This document shows positions 9,178-17,949 of a DNA stretch of 38,392 nt, in pieces. The position numbers and the translations under genes are program-made. The number at the start of each line of letters is the position of its first letter. Positions within the stretch are counted from its first letter, which is position 1. This DNA comes from Actinomycetota bacterium (GTDB taxonomy: Bacteria > Actinomycetota > UBA4738 > HRBIN12): positions 1 through 38,392 of the forward strand of contig JBGPKY010000001.1 of assembly GCA_041486205.1 (NCBI GenBank), written 5' to 3'. The notes under the pieces are model-generated. The model was not told where the DNA came from. It saw only the letters and a list, made by a program, of their open reading frames with translations, and searched no databases.

Positions 9178-10281
9178 CTACGCCTCCTCCACGACGGCGT
9201 CCGCATCCCCGGGCGGGGCAGGGGCGGCGACCGCCAAACGGTCTTTCATCCAGACGTCGTTCACGACGACCTTGAATGCGGCGGCGAGCGGGAGCGCGAG
9301 CAGCGCGCCCGCGAACCCCGCCAGGCTGCCGCCGATCAAAGTGCTCACGATCACGGCGGCCGGCGAGAGGTCCACAGCCTCGTTCATCACCCTCGGCACG
9401 ATCACGTAGTTCTCGAGTTGCTGGTACACGATGAAGAAGATCAGCGTGGCGACGCCGTCGGCCGTCGAGGAGAAGAAGGCCACGATGACCGCGGGGATCG
9501 CGCCCAGCGTCGCGCCGACGGCGGGGATGAGGTCGGCGACCGCGACCCACATCGCCAGCGCCACCCCGAAAGGGATCCCTGCGATCAGGAGGAAGATGAA
9601 CGACGCGACACCCGCGATACCGGAAGTCACCAGGTTCCCGCTGACGTAGCCACCGATCTTCGCGAGCGATTCGCCGAGCACGCGCTCCCCTTGCTCGCGA
9701 CGATGCGGCGAGAACAACAGGACGGCCGTGCGCTTGGTCTTGGGGAAAGCCATGAGGAAGTAGATCGTGAGGATAGCGATGGTGAGGAGGTTGAAGATCA
9801 CGCTCGCCACGTTCTTCGTGATGCCGAGGACGGTCCTGAATGAGGTCCCGGCCACGGAAGGCAGTCGCTGCGTGAGGTCCTTCAACTTCGTCGCGAGGTC
9901 GTTGTTGCGGACGAAGTCCCCGAGCCAGCCACTCTGGGTCTTCAATCGGTCGATGTAGCCGGGGATGTCGCTCGCGAGTCCCTGGACTTCCCGCACGAGC
10001 GGCGGAACGACCAGGGCGCCGAAGAGCACGATGAACAAGATCGTGCCACCGAAGATGATCACGACGGCCCAGCCGCGCTTCACCTTGAACCGCTCGAGGG
10101 CCCGAACCGCCGGATCCAGACCGACAGCGAGGACGGCAGCGATCACTACCAAGACGAGGATGTTCAAGACGGAGCTCGCCGCCCTGAGAACCGCGACCGT
10201 GAGCGTCACGGTCAGCGCCCATTTGACCCAGTAGGTCATCGGCGGCCAGCGCCGCCTCCAGTCGTCGGGAAGCTCAACCAT
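9178..10281 (-). CDS. AI-2E family transporter (PerM/UPF0118)
   Basis: Polytopic protein ending ...ALLALPLAAAFKVVVNDVW. The start is taken at ATG 10281 (MVELPDDW), with ATG 10239 as an alternative. The track ORF up to 10731 overlaps the divergent GH38 gene. Confidence 0.75.
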   Translation of the reverse strand: MVELPDDWRRRWPPMTYWVKWALTVTLTVAVLRAASSVLNILVLVVIAAVLAVGLDPAVRALERFKVKRGWAVVIIFGGTILFIVLFGALVVPPLVREVQGLASDIPGYIDRLKTQSGWLGDFVRNNDLATKLKDLTQRLPSVAGTSFRTVLGITKNVASVIFNLLTIAILTIYFLMAFPKTKRTAVLLFSPHRREQGERVLGESLAKIGGYVSGNLVTSGIAGVASFIFLLIAGIPFGVALAMWVAVADLIPAVGATLGAIPAVIVAFFSSTADGVATLIFFIVYQQLENYVIVPRVMNEAVDLSPAAVIVSTLIGGSLAGFAGALLALPLAAAFKVVVNDVWMKDRLAVAAPAPPGDADAVVEEA

Positions 10282-10350
10282 CCGCCTGAGTCTCCCGCCT
10301 GCCGCGGCCGTTTTCCAGCATCCCACTCCGTCGTGAGAAACTTCCGCGCG

Positions 10351-12456
10351 ATGGACCCGATCAGGATCACCCTCGTGCCGCATACCCACTGGGACCGTGA
10401 GTGGTATGGGCCGTTCGACGAGTTCCTCCCTCGTCTCGTCGCGATGATGGACACGCTGATCGAGCAGGCCGACCGAGGGTTCCCTCATTTCCACCTCGAC
10501 GGACAGACGGCGATGATCGACGACTACCTCGAGGTGCGGCCGGAGCGAGAGGACGACGTGAAGCGGCTCGCCCGCGAGGGGAAGCTCTCCGTGGGGCCCT
10601 GGGTAACGCAGATGGACGAGTTCCTGACCTCGGGCGAGTCGCACATCCGCAACCTCGAGATGGGTCTGGCGCGCGCTCGCGAGCTTGGGCCCGCCCTGGA
10701 GGTCGGCTACCTCCCCGACCAGTTCGGCCACATCGGGCAGATGCCGCAGATCCTGAGGGATGGAGGGATCGAGCGTGCCGTCGTGTGGCGCGGCGTTCCC
10801 GACGTCGTCGACAAGACCGAGTTCTGGTGGGAAGCGCCCGACGGGAGCCGCGTGCTGACCGAGTACCTCGCGTTCGGCTACTTCCTAGGAGGTGACCTCG
10901 AGCGATTCCAGGACCCAGCTGCGCTCGCGGACGCGTTGCGCCGCAAGGCGAAGCAGGTAGCGCCGTTCCTGGCGAACGACCGCATGCTCGTAACCGTCGG
11001 CTCCGACCACTCGGGTCCCGACCTCACGTTTCCGTCCCGGCTCGCGGCCGCCGGACCGCAGATCCAAGACGTCGCGGTTTCGATCGGGTCACTGGCCGAC
11101 CATCTCGACGGCGAGGTTCCCGAAGACCTCCCAGCCTGGCGGGGCGAGCTTCGGTCGTCGGCTCGAGCCCACCTGCTGCCGAACGTCTACTCGGCTCGCG
11201 TTCACCAGAAGCGCGAACGAGGTCGGATCGAGGCTCTCCTCGAGCGCTACGCCGAACCGCTCGCGGCGCTCGTTCCGGGCGTCGAGTGGCCGGCGGAGGA
11301 GCTCGCGCGCGCGTGGACCCTGATGTTGTGGAACGGGGCACATGACTCAGCGTGCGGTTGCTCCCACGACCGCGTCGCTCGCGATGTGGACGGCCGGTTC
11401 GAAGACGCGCGCGCGTGGTCCCAGCTGGTGATAACACGGGCCCTCCGCGCGCTCGGGTCTCAGGTGGAGGACCCGGGCGTCCTTCGGTTCAACCCATCGC
11501 CGTTCGAACGGGAGGGGATCCCAGGGCTCGGCTGGCGGGTCCATCCCGCCCACGTCGAGGAGAGATCGATCCCCGTCGACCTGAGCGTGGAGGACGGCTG
11601 GGCCGTCGCCGATGGGATCGCGTTCACGTTGAAGGACGAGCCCGACGTCGGCGACCTCTACAGCTTCTGCTACGCGCAGGAAGGACAGGAAGCGTCCGCG
11701 CCCGAGCACATCGGCGCGTTCGAGGACGCCATCATCGCCGCCTTCGATGGCATAGACGTTCGGGTCCGCGTTTCCCGCCGGGAGAACGAGCCCTTCATCC
11801 GACTGGAGGGCGAGATCCACAACCGTCGCCCCGACCACCGCTTGCGCTTGCACGTCCGCCTTCCCGAGGAGGGGACGGGATCGGTGGCCGGGTCGCCGTT
11901 CGAGCTCGTCGACCGCGGGCTCACCTCGGAGGGAAGCTCGCTCGAGGCGCCCTCGCCCACATGGCCCGCTCGCGGCGTCGTCGTGGCCGGCGGGCTGGCG
12001 GCGTTCCATGAGGGCGTCTTCGAATACGAGGTCACCGGCCGCGAACTGGTAATCACGCTCCTGCGTTGCGTCGGCACGATCAGCCGCAAGGAGCTCGCGG
12101 TGCGGCCCTTGGAGGCGGGCCCGGACGTCCCAACCCCCGACGCCCAGATGATGGGCACGACCACCTTCTCCATCGGATTGCGGCCCGGCGCCGGTCGCGA
12201 CGCCCTGATGCAGGACTGGGAGCGGTTCGCGCTGCCGATCCTCGAGATCGGAGCCGAGGGAGGCGGTGAGTTCCCCGCGGTCGAGACGCTGCTCGAAGTC
12301 GAACCCGGTGGTGCCGTCCTGTCGGGCATCCGCAGGAAGGACGGTGCCGTCGAGGTCCGCCTGTGGAACCCGTCGAAGGACGGAACGGCCGTAGCCCGCG
12401 TGGAAGGGCAGACCGTCTCGCTCGCTCCGGCGAAGATCGCCGTCGTCCGTCGCTGA
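10351..12456 (+). CDS. glycoside hydrolase family 38 (alpha-mannosidase / mannosylglycerate hydrolase-like)
   Basis: The N-terminal block ITLVPHTHWDREWY is the GH38 signature. About 700 aa. Start at ATG 10351, or GTG 10333. Confidence 0.75.
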   Translation: MDPIRITLVPHTHWDREWYGPFDEFLPRLVAMMDTLIEQADRGFPHFHLDGQTAMIDDYLEVRPEREDDVKRLAREGKLSVGPWVTQMDEFLTSGESHIRNLEMGLARARELGPALEVGYLPDQFGHIGQMPQILRDGGIERAVVWRGVPDVVDKTEFWWEAPDGSRVLTEYLAFGYFLGGDLERFQDPAALADALRRKAKQVAPFLANDRMLVTVGSDHSGPDLTFPSRLAAAGPQIQDVAVSIGSLADHLDGEVPEDLPAWRGELRSSARAHLLPNVYSARVHQKRERGRIEALLERYAEPLAALVPGVEWPAEELARAWTLMLWNGAHDSACGCSHDRVARDVDGRFEDARAWSQLVITRALRALGSQVEDPGVLRFNPSPFEREGIPGLGWRVHPAHVEERSIPVDLSVEDGWAVADGIAFTLKDEPDVGDLYSFCYAQEGQEASAPEHIGAFEDAIIAAFDGIDVRVRVSRRENEPFIRLEGEIHNRRPDHRLRLHVRLPEEGTGSVAGSPFELVDRGLTSEGSSLEAPSPTWPARGVVVAGGLAAFHEGVFEYEVTGRELVITLLRCVGTISRKELAVRPLEAGPDVPTPDAQMMGTTTFSIGLRPGAGRDALMQDWERFALPILEIGAEGGGEFPAVETLLEVEPGGAVLSGIRRKDGAVEVRLWNPSKDGTAVARVEGQTVSLAPAKIAVVRR

Positions 12457-12472
12457 TCGGGGGGATCCTCGC

Positions 12473-13078
12473 CTAGTTCAAGCCACGCTGGTCCTGCTTG
12501 AGGGCGAGGTCGATGCCCGCCGCGGAAGCGAGCATAAGCATCCTCATCGTCGGAGCCACCTGGCCGCTCACCTCGAGCACGTAGTTGTCGGCCGTCGTGA
12601 AGATGGTCTTCGCGAGACCCTCCCACGTCTTCGTGATGCGGCCGACCTCGCCTCCTGCGGGGTCTTGGATAGAGAAGTTCCAAGCGCGCCAGTTCTCAGC
12701 TCGGATCGCGCCGACCGTCTGGCCCTGGGCGTCCTCCAGTCCGAAGTGGATCTTCCCGATCATGTTCTCCTGCACGATCCTGCCGACGTCCGTCCCGCTC
12801 CCGTCCTTCACGAGGACGGTTGACTTCATGATCTTCCTCGGACGGGTGAGCTCCACCACCTTGGATCCATCCTTGTCGTAGACCGACAGCGTGTGGGTCA
12901 TGAACTGGTCGAGCGAGCTGACCAGCCGCAGAAGCTTCTTCGCCTGCGACTGACCCTCCTGGCGGATGCGACCGATCTCGTTGCCGTCTTCGTCACGGAT
13001 CGCGAAGTCGATGTTCATCTCGATGATCTTGGTCGCTTGGTTGAAGACCAAGCGGTCGCGGTTCAGCAGCTCCGACAT
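12473..13078 (-). CDS. phospholipid scramblase-related / LURP-one-like (tubby-fold) protein
   Basis: 201 aa. Blocks LVSSLDQFMTHTL, ENWRAWNFSI and ITKTWEGLAKTIFTTADNYV resemble actinobacterial scramblase-related proteins. The RBS GAGGAGGG precedes ATG 13078. Confidence 0.6.
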   Translation of the reverse strand: MSELLNRDRLVFNQATKIIEMNIDFAIRDEDGNEIGRIRQEGQSQAKKLLRLVSSLDQFMTHTLSVYDKDGSKVVELTRPRKIMKSTVLVKDGSGTDVGRIVQENMIGKIHFGLEDAQGQTVGAIRAENWRAWNFSIQDPAGGEVGRITKTWEGLAKTIFTTADNYVLEVSGQVAPTMRMLMLASAAGIDLALKQDQRGLN

Positions 13079-13137
13079 CGAGCCCTCCTCGCCCGGTTTC
13101 GGGGCAGCGTACACCCGGGCGGTCGTAGGCTATCGAG

Positions 13138-13965
13138 GTGAGCGGACTTCCGCCGGAAGATCGCAGGACCAAGGAACGCCTTCCGATCATCGGATCGACG
13201 CTGATGCGCTTGCGCACCAGACGAGCGCCCATCCTCCCCCACCCGGGCCCGGCCTCTGACCCCACCCAGGCAGAGCCACGAGCCGGAGGCGGGAGATCCG
13301 GGGCGCTCCGAGCCGCGATCTTCGGTGCGAATGACGGTCTGCTTTCGAACCTATCCCTGATCATGGGCGTAGCGGGTGCCGGCGTGTCCAACAAAACACT
13401 GATCCTCGCCGGCGTCGCCGGTCTTCTAGCCGGTGCCTCTTCCATGAGCGCCGGGGAGTACGTATCCATGCGGGTCCAACGTGAGGTGTTCGAGCGGCTC
13501 ATCCACCTCGAGGCCCATGAGATAGGCTCAGACCCCGACGCCGAGCGGACGGAGCTCACGCTCCTCTACGAGCGGAAGGGCCTCTCGCCCGACCTCGCCG
13601 CGCGCCTCGCCGAGGAGCTGATGCGCTCCCCGCAACTCGCGCTCGAGACCCACGCGAAGGAAGAGCTGGGGCTGGATCCTGCGGGGCTCGGTTCCCCATG
13701 GGCGGCGGCATCGTCGTCATTCGTCACGTTCGCGATCGGTGCGGTCGTCCCGCTCGTGCCTTTCTGGATCGGAAGCGGAACCGCCGCGGTGATCGCGTCC
13801 TCGACACTGTCCGCCGCTTCGCTCTTCGCCATCGGCGCCGGGATGTCGTTCATCACGGGAAGGTCGCCCGCGCGCTCGGGACTGCGGATGCTCGCCATCG
13901 GCGCTCTCGCGGCGGGCATCACGTTCGGCGTCGGTAAGTTCCTACACGCAACGACCGGCCTTTAG
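13138..13965 (+). CDS. VIT1/CCC1 family iron/manganese transporter
   Basis: Carries AAIFGANDGLLSNLSLIMGVAG, an acidic helical cytoplasmic insert and C-terminal TMs. GTG 13138 lies 6 nt after TAGGCT (13126..13131). Confidence 0.75.
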   Translation: MSGLPPEDRRTKERLPIIGSTLMRLRTRRAPILPHPGPASDPTQAEPRAGGGRSGALRAAIFGANDGLLSNLSLIMGVAGAGVSNKTLILAGVAGLLAGASSMSAGEYVSMRVQREVFERLIHLEAHEIGSDPDAERTELTLLYERKGLSPDLAARLAEELMRSPQLALETHAKEELGLDPAGLGSPWAAASSSFVTFAIGAVVPLVPFWIGSGTAAVIASSTLSAASLFAIGAGMSFITGRSPARSGLRMLAIGALAAGITFGVGKFLHATTGL

Positions 13966-13970
13966 CGGAG

Positions 13971-14000
13971 CCTGGGCCGGCGCGCGGAAGGGGGCCCAGG
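13971..14000. terminator. weak hairpin between convergent VIT and MarR genes
   Basis: CCTGGGCC (13971..13978) pairs with GGCCCAGG (13993..14000) around a 14-nt loop. There is no U tract. Confidence 0.25.
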
Positions 14001-14012
14001 TCCGGGGCCGGG

Positions 14013-14453
14013 CTACTCCTCGACGACCTCGCCCCCGGCCCCGATCAATCCGTCGAGTGCACTGCGCAGCACCTCGTAGCGGCGTTCTCCTAGCTCGCGG
14101 CGTGCGCGGAGTTCGATAGCGGCGACGACGCGTCGTGCTTCGGCCACGTAACGCCGCCCCCGGGCGGTGAGACGAACGATCTTCGCGCGCCCGTCCTCGG
14201 GGTCGGGGACGCGGCGGACGTAGCCCCGGTTCTCCAACTCGTCGACGATCAGCATCATGCCCTGCTTCGTCATGCGAGCCCGCCGTGCGAGCTCCGTCAG
14301 CCCGGTGCCGGAGCGGCGGTCGATGTTCATGAAGACGGCCGCGTGACCGGGGCGGGCGTCGGGATATCCGCGCTCTTCCAGGGCGTCGCTCAGCTCGTTC
14401 GCGAGCGCTCGGTGCCCCTCGAGCAGCAACCGGCCCAGATCGGTCTCCGTCAC
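14013..14453 (-). CDS. MarR family transcriptional regulator
   Basis: Winged-helix block LTELARRARMTKQGMMLIVDELENRGYVRRVPDPEDGRAKIV. The start is taken at GTG 14453 (146 aa), because the longer track ORF overlaps the divergent GNAT gene. Confidence 0.8.
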   Translation of the reverse strand: MTETDLGRLLLEGHRALANELSDALEERGYPDARPGHAAVFMNIDRRSGTGLTELARRARMTKQGMMLIVDELENRGYVRRVPDPEDGRAKIVRLTARGRRYVAEARRVVAAIELRARRELGERRYEVLRSALDGLIGAGGEVVEE

Positions 14454-14468
14454 GCCAACGATCTTCCG

Positions 14469-14499
14469 CCGGCGCTCAGCGCCGGTCAAGCAACTTGAC
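14469..14499. promoter_or_regulatory. two adjacent palindromes in the MarR-GNAT intergenic region (putative operator)
   Basis: CCGGCGCT-C-AGCGCCGG (14469..14485, 8-bp arms) abuts GTCAAG-CAA-CTTGAC (14485..14499). The second palindrome contains a TTGAC -35-like element on each strand. Confidence 0.4.
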
Positions 14500-14535
14500 C
14501 GTTGTTCTTCCGACTCCGTCCGGTACCCTCCCGCC

Positions 14536-15039
14536 GTGACGATCGAGGTGCGGCCCGTGAGGCCAGACGAGTTCGACGAAGCGGGGCGCATCACCGCGCT
14601 CGCCTACCGGGAGTTCGTTCGGCCCGAAGATCCCGCGAGCTGGGAAGAGTACCTTGCGCACATCGCAGACATCCGTGATAGAGTGGAACGGACCCTCGTT
14701 CTCGTCGCGGTCGAAGGTGAGGCGATCCTCGGGTCTGCCACGCTCGAGCTCGACGGCCGGACCGACGCAGATGAGGAGCAACCCCTCGCTCCCGGCGAAG
14801 CTCACGTCAGGATGCTCGGTGTTAGTCCCGACGCGCGACGCCGGGGCGTCGCGCGTCTTCTCATGGACGCCTGCATGGACGAGGCGCTCCGGGCAGGCAG
14901 GGATCTGCTGTCCCTCAACACGGCGCCGCGGATGACCGCGGCTCGGCAGATGTACGAGTCGCTGGGCTTCGAAAGGGGTGATGATGAGGTGTTCCCCGAC
15001 GGGTTCGTACTTCTTTCGTACGAGAAGGCGATCCGGTAA
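14536..15039 (+). CDS. GNAT family N-acetyltransferase
   Basis: 167 aa with the acetyl-CoA motif VSPDARRRGVARLLM. GTG 14536 lies 6 nt after TACCCT (14524..14529). Confidence 0.8.
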   Translation: MTIEVRPVRPDEFDEAGRITALAYREFVRPEDPASWEEYLAHIADIRDRVERTLVLVAVEGEAILGSATLELDGRTDADEEQPLAPGEAHVRMLGVSPDARRRGVARLLMDACMDEALRAGRDLLSLNTAPRMTAARQMYESLGFERGDDEVFPDGFVLLSYEKAIR

Positions 15040-15121
15040 GAACTTGGTTTGAGAGACGGCGGTACGGCCGACCGCGACGTACTACCCGCGGACCGAATCC
15101 CCTAGTCGAAGGAGGTCCGCG

Positions 15122-15409
15122 ATGATCCGAAGGCTGATCGTTTCCGCCGCTCTCGTCGTGCCGCTCGTTGCAGGCGCGGCCGGGGCCGCGAACGCCGCAT
15201 CGAACCCGAGCGGCACCGGGCAACCCAACACCTCTTGCCAGACCCCGGGGTTCGTGGCGCCTCCGGGTTTCGCGACTGGCGGGTTCGCGAACGCCGGCGC
15301 CGTGTACGCAGGCAGCCCCGGCACGCCGTCGGCCGCGAACGGGAACCCGAGCGCGGTCTCCCAGTACGACGTCGCTTGCTACCAGCTCTCGAGCAACGGC
15401 GGTCACTGA
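15122..15409 (+). CDS. small secreted Gly/Pro/Ala-rich protein with a conserved-looking Cys pair (function unknown)
   Basis: A strong RBS GAAGGAGG sits 6 nt before the ATG. The signal peptide is MIRRLIVSAALVVPLVAGAAGAANA/AS. The mature part is about 69 aa, with C at ...NTSCQ... and ...SQYDVACYQ.... Confidence 0.6.
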   Translation: MIRRLIVSAALVVPLVAGAAGAANAASNPSGTGQPNTSCQTPGFVAPPGFATGGFANAGAVYAGSPGTPSAANGNPSAVSQYDVACYQLSSNGGH

Positions 15410-15437
15410 AGCGCGTAGGTCGGAACGTCCCGGGCGG

Positions 15438-17417
15438 TCACGCGCCGTCCGGGGCGTTCGTCTTCACCACTTCGCCGGTGGAGAGAACGACCCCGTCCTC
15501 GGTGACGGCCTCCACCAATCCGCCGCGGAACTGCTGCTCGTACAGCCGCGCGTACAGGCCGCCGCGATCCAGCAGCTCGGCGTGAGTGCCGCGTTCCACG
15601 ATCTGGCCACGATCCACCACGAAGATGACGTCGGCCGACAGGATCGTAGAAAGCCGGTGCGCGATCGCGATCGTCGTCCGCCCGCGCATCAGCGGCTTGA
15701 GCGCCTCCTGCACGAGGCGTTCGGACGTCGTGTCGAGACTGGAGGTGGCTTCATCCAGGATGAGGATCCTAGGGTCCTTCAAGATCACCCTCGCGATAGC
15801 CAGACGCTGCTTCTCGCCGCCGGAGAGCTTGTAGCCCCTTTCGCCGACGACCGTGTCGTAGCCCTCGGCCAGCTCGGCGATCCGATCGTGGATGAACGCC
15901 GCTCGTGCCGCGGCCTCCATCTCCTCCTGCGTGGCGTCCGGGTTGCCGTACGACAGATTGCGCCTGATGGTGGTGTGGAACAGATAGGTCTCCTGCGTGA
16001 CGACACCGATCACGTCGCCGAGCGATTCGAGCTTCACCTGCCGCACGTCTACGCCGTCGATCCTCACCCCGCCTCGCTGGACGTCGTAGAGGCGGGGCAC
16101 CAGGTAGGTCATCGTCGTCTTGCCGGCGCCGCTCGGGCCGACCAGCGCCGCGAGTCGACCGGGTTCGATGTCGAACGTCAAGTCCTCGAGTGTCCACTCG
16201 CGCGCCGGCAGCCGCCCCCATTCCGAGATGTCGGGTGGCGATACGGGCGTTTCCGTCTCCGGCGGCGGCGTGTCGTAGTGGAACCACACGTGATCGAAGG
16301 CCACACGCCCCTGCACCGCTCCGAGCGGCAGCTCGACCGCGTCGGGCGCGTCCGCGATCTCCTGCGGCAGGTCGAGGTACTCGAAGATCCGATCGAACAG
16401 CGCCATCGACGTCTGGACCTCGGTGCTCACCTGGAGCATCTGTCCGATCGGGAAGAACAGCCGGCTCTGGAGGGTCGTGAACGCCACGATGAGACCGGGG
16501 GAGATCGCCTTCGGGTCCTTCGCTAGCACCCACCCGGCGACCACGTACACAAGTGCAGGCGTGATCGAGAAGAAGATCTGGACGACCGCGAAGAACGATC
16601 GTCCGATCATCGTCTGCTTGATCTGCAGGCCCGTCAGGCGCTCGTTCTCGCCGCGGAAGCGGCCGATCTCGTGTCGCTGCCGGCCGAATGATTTCGACAG
16701 CAAGATGCCGGACACGCTGAGCGTCTCCTCGGTGATCGACGTGAGGTCGGCCAATGACTGCTGCGTGACCATCGCGACCTTCTGCCGGGCCTTGCCCACC
16801 TTGTACGTCAGCCACAGGAAGAACGGCAGCATGAACAGCGAGAGCGCCGTGAGCTGCCACGACAGCAGGAGCATCGCCGCGAGCGTGCTGGCGATGATGA
16901 CGATGTTCGACAGGATGCTGGATGCCGTATCGGTGAACACCGTCTGGACGCCGCCGACGTCGTTCGCGATGCGCGACTGTATCTCCCCGGTTCGCGTGGT
17001 GGTGAAGAACCGCAGCGGCATGAACTGGAGGTGCTCGTACAGCGAGTTGCGGAAGTCCTGCATGACACGGAGCCCGACGAGGTTCGAGAGGTACGTCTGG
17101 CCTATCCCGATCAGTCCCGTAACCACCGGGATCGCGATCATCAGGGCGACGTAGAAGTACAGGAGGCCGAGGCGCGGGCAGGATCTCCCGCCGCAGTACC
17201 CGGCTGGGTTGCCGAACAGCGCGCGGTCGAAGATCCGCTTGATGAGCAGGGGGTTGAAGATCCCCAGGACCGAGGTGATCACGATCGCGATCGCCACGAC
17301 CGTGACCTTGCCCCGGTAGGGCCTGAACGTGGCTACCACCCGCCGCACGGTTTGCCTGCGGATGGGCCGGCGTTCCTCGTCGGGAACGCGGATCGGGAAG
17401 CGGCCGTGACCTCGCAT
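15438..17417 (-). CDS. ABC exporter, fused permease-ATPase (MsbA-like)
   Basis: Six-TM exporter domain followed by Walker A GPSGAGKT, signature LSGGEKQRLAIAR and Walker B LILDEATS. The start is taken at ATG 17417, 7 nt after TATCCT. GTG 17447 is an alternative. Confidence 0.85.
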   Translation of the reverse strand: MRGHGRFPIRVPDEERRPIRRQTVRRVVATFRPYRGKVTVVAIAIVITSVLGIFNPLLIKRIFDRALFGNPAGYCGGRSCPRLGLLYFYVALMIAIPVVTGLIGIGQTYLSNLVGLRVMQDFRNSLYEHLQFMPLRFFTTTRTGEIQSRIANDVGGVQTVFTDTASSILSNIVIIASTLAAMLLLSWQLTALSLFMLPFFLWLTYKVGKARQKVAMVTQQSLADLTSITEETLSVSGILLSKSFGRQRHEIGRFRGENERLTGLQIKQTMIGRSFFAVVQIFFSITPALVYVVAGWVLAKDPKAISPGLIVAFTTLQSRLFFPIGQMLQVSTEVQTSMALFDRIFEYLDLPQEIADAPDAVELPLGAVQGRVAFDHVWFHYDTPPPETETPVSPPDISEWGRLPAREWTLEDLTFDIEPGRLAALVGPSGAGKTTMTYLVPRLYDVQRGGVRIDGVDVRQVKLESLGDVIGVVTQETYLFHTTIRRNLSYGNPDATQEEMEAAARAAFIHDRIAELAEGYDTVVGERGYKLSGGEKQRLAIARVILKDPRILILDEATSSLDTTSERLVQEALKPLMRGRTTIAIAHRLSTILSADVIFVVDRGQIVERGTHAELLDRGGLYARLYEQQFRGGLVEAVTEDGVVLSTGEVVKTNAPDGA

Positions 17418-17478
17418 GCAACCCAGGATAAGGCCGGTTCGCGACACGGTATCCCCCGTGTGGGCTAGCCTGGTGAGC

Positions 17479-17949
17479 GTGACCGCGCACGAGCTGTCGA
17501 TGTTCGGGCGGATGGCTCTCGCCGCACTGTTCGGCTACGCGGTCGGCTGGGAGCGCGAGATCCGCGGCAAAGCGGCCGGCGAGCGGACGTTCGCGCTGAT
17601 CGCCCTCGGCGCGGCGGGGTTCACCGCGCTCGGCGTCGAAGATTTCCCGGCGTCGGCCGAGAAGATCATCGCCGGGGTCGCGACCGGCATCGGCTTCCTC
17701 GGAGCGGGCATCATCTTCCGACAGGAGGGCGGCAACGTCATGGGGCTCACGACGGCGGCTTCCTCGTGGGCCGCCGCTGCGATCGGCGTGCTCGTGGGCG
17801 CCGGCGAGTACATCACCGGGCTCCTGGCGACGCTGCTCGTGCTAGTGATCCTCGAGATCGACAACCTACCCGTGATCCGCCGCATCGACGCTCACCGCAG
17901 GACGAACGACGACGGGCGCTCCGCCCCTCCGCCTCGAGCGGACCCCTAG
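17479..17949 (+). CDS. MgtC/SapB family membrane protein
   Basis: Carries LAALFGYAVGWEREIRGKAAGERTFALIALGAA. GTG 17479 lies 7 nt after TAGCCT (17466..17471). ATG 17500 is an alternative. Confidence 0.75.
   Translation: MTAHELSMFGRMALAALFGYAVGWEREIRGKAAGERTFALIALGAAGFTALGVEDFPASAEKIIAGVATGIGFLGAGIIFRQEGGNVMGLTTAASSWAAAAIGVLVGAGEYITGLLATLLVLVILEIDNLPVIRRIDAHRRTNDDGRSAPPPRADP

Noticed and set aside
13079-13137. Metal-sensing riboswitch upstream of the VIT1/CCC1 gene, and similarly upstream of the polyamine-type operon (5742..5825).
   Set aside because: The gaps are only 59 and 84 bp. The VIT gene appears leaderless, so there is no room for a structured aptamer.
15122-17417. RiPP or bacteriocin locus (small secreted peptide plus ABC exporter).
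   Set aside because: The peptide has a normal Sec signal rather than a leader with a double-Gly site. The exporter lacks a C39 peptidase domain and is convergent rather than co-transcribed. No modification enzymes are nearby.
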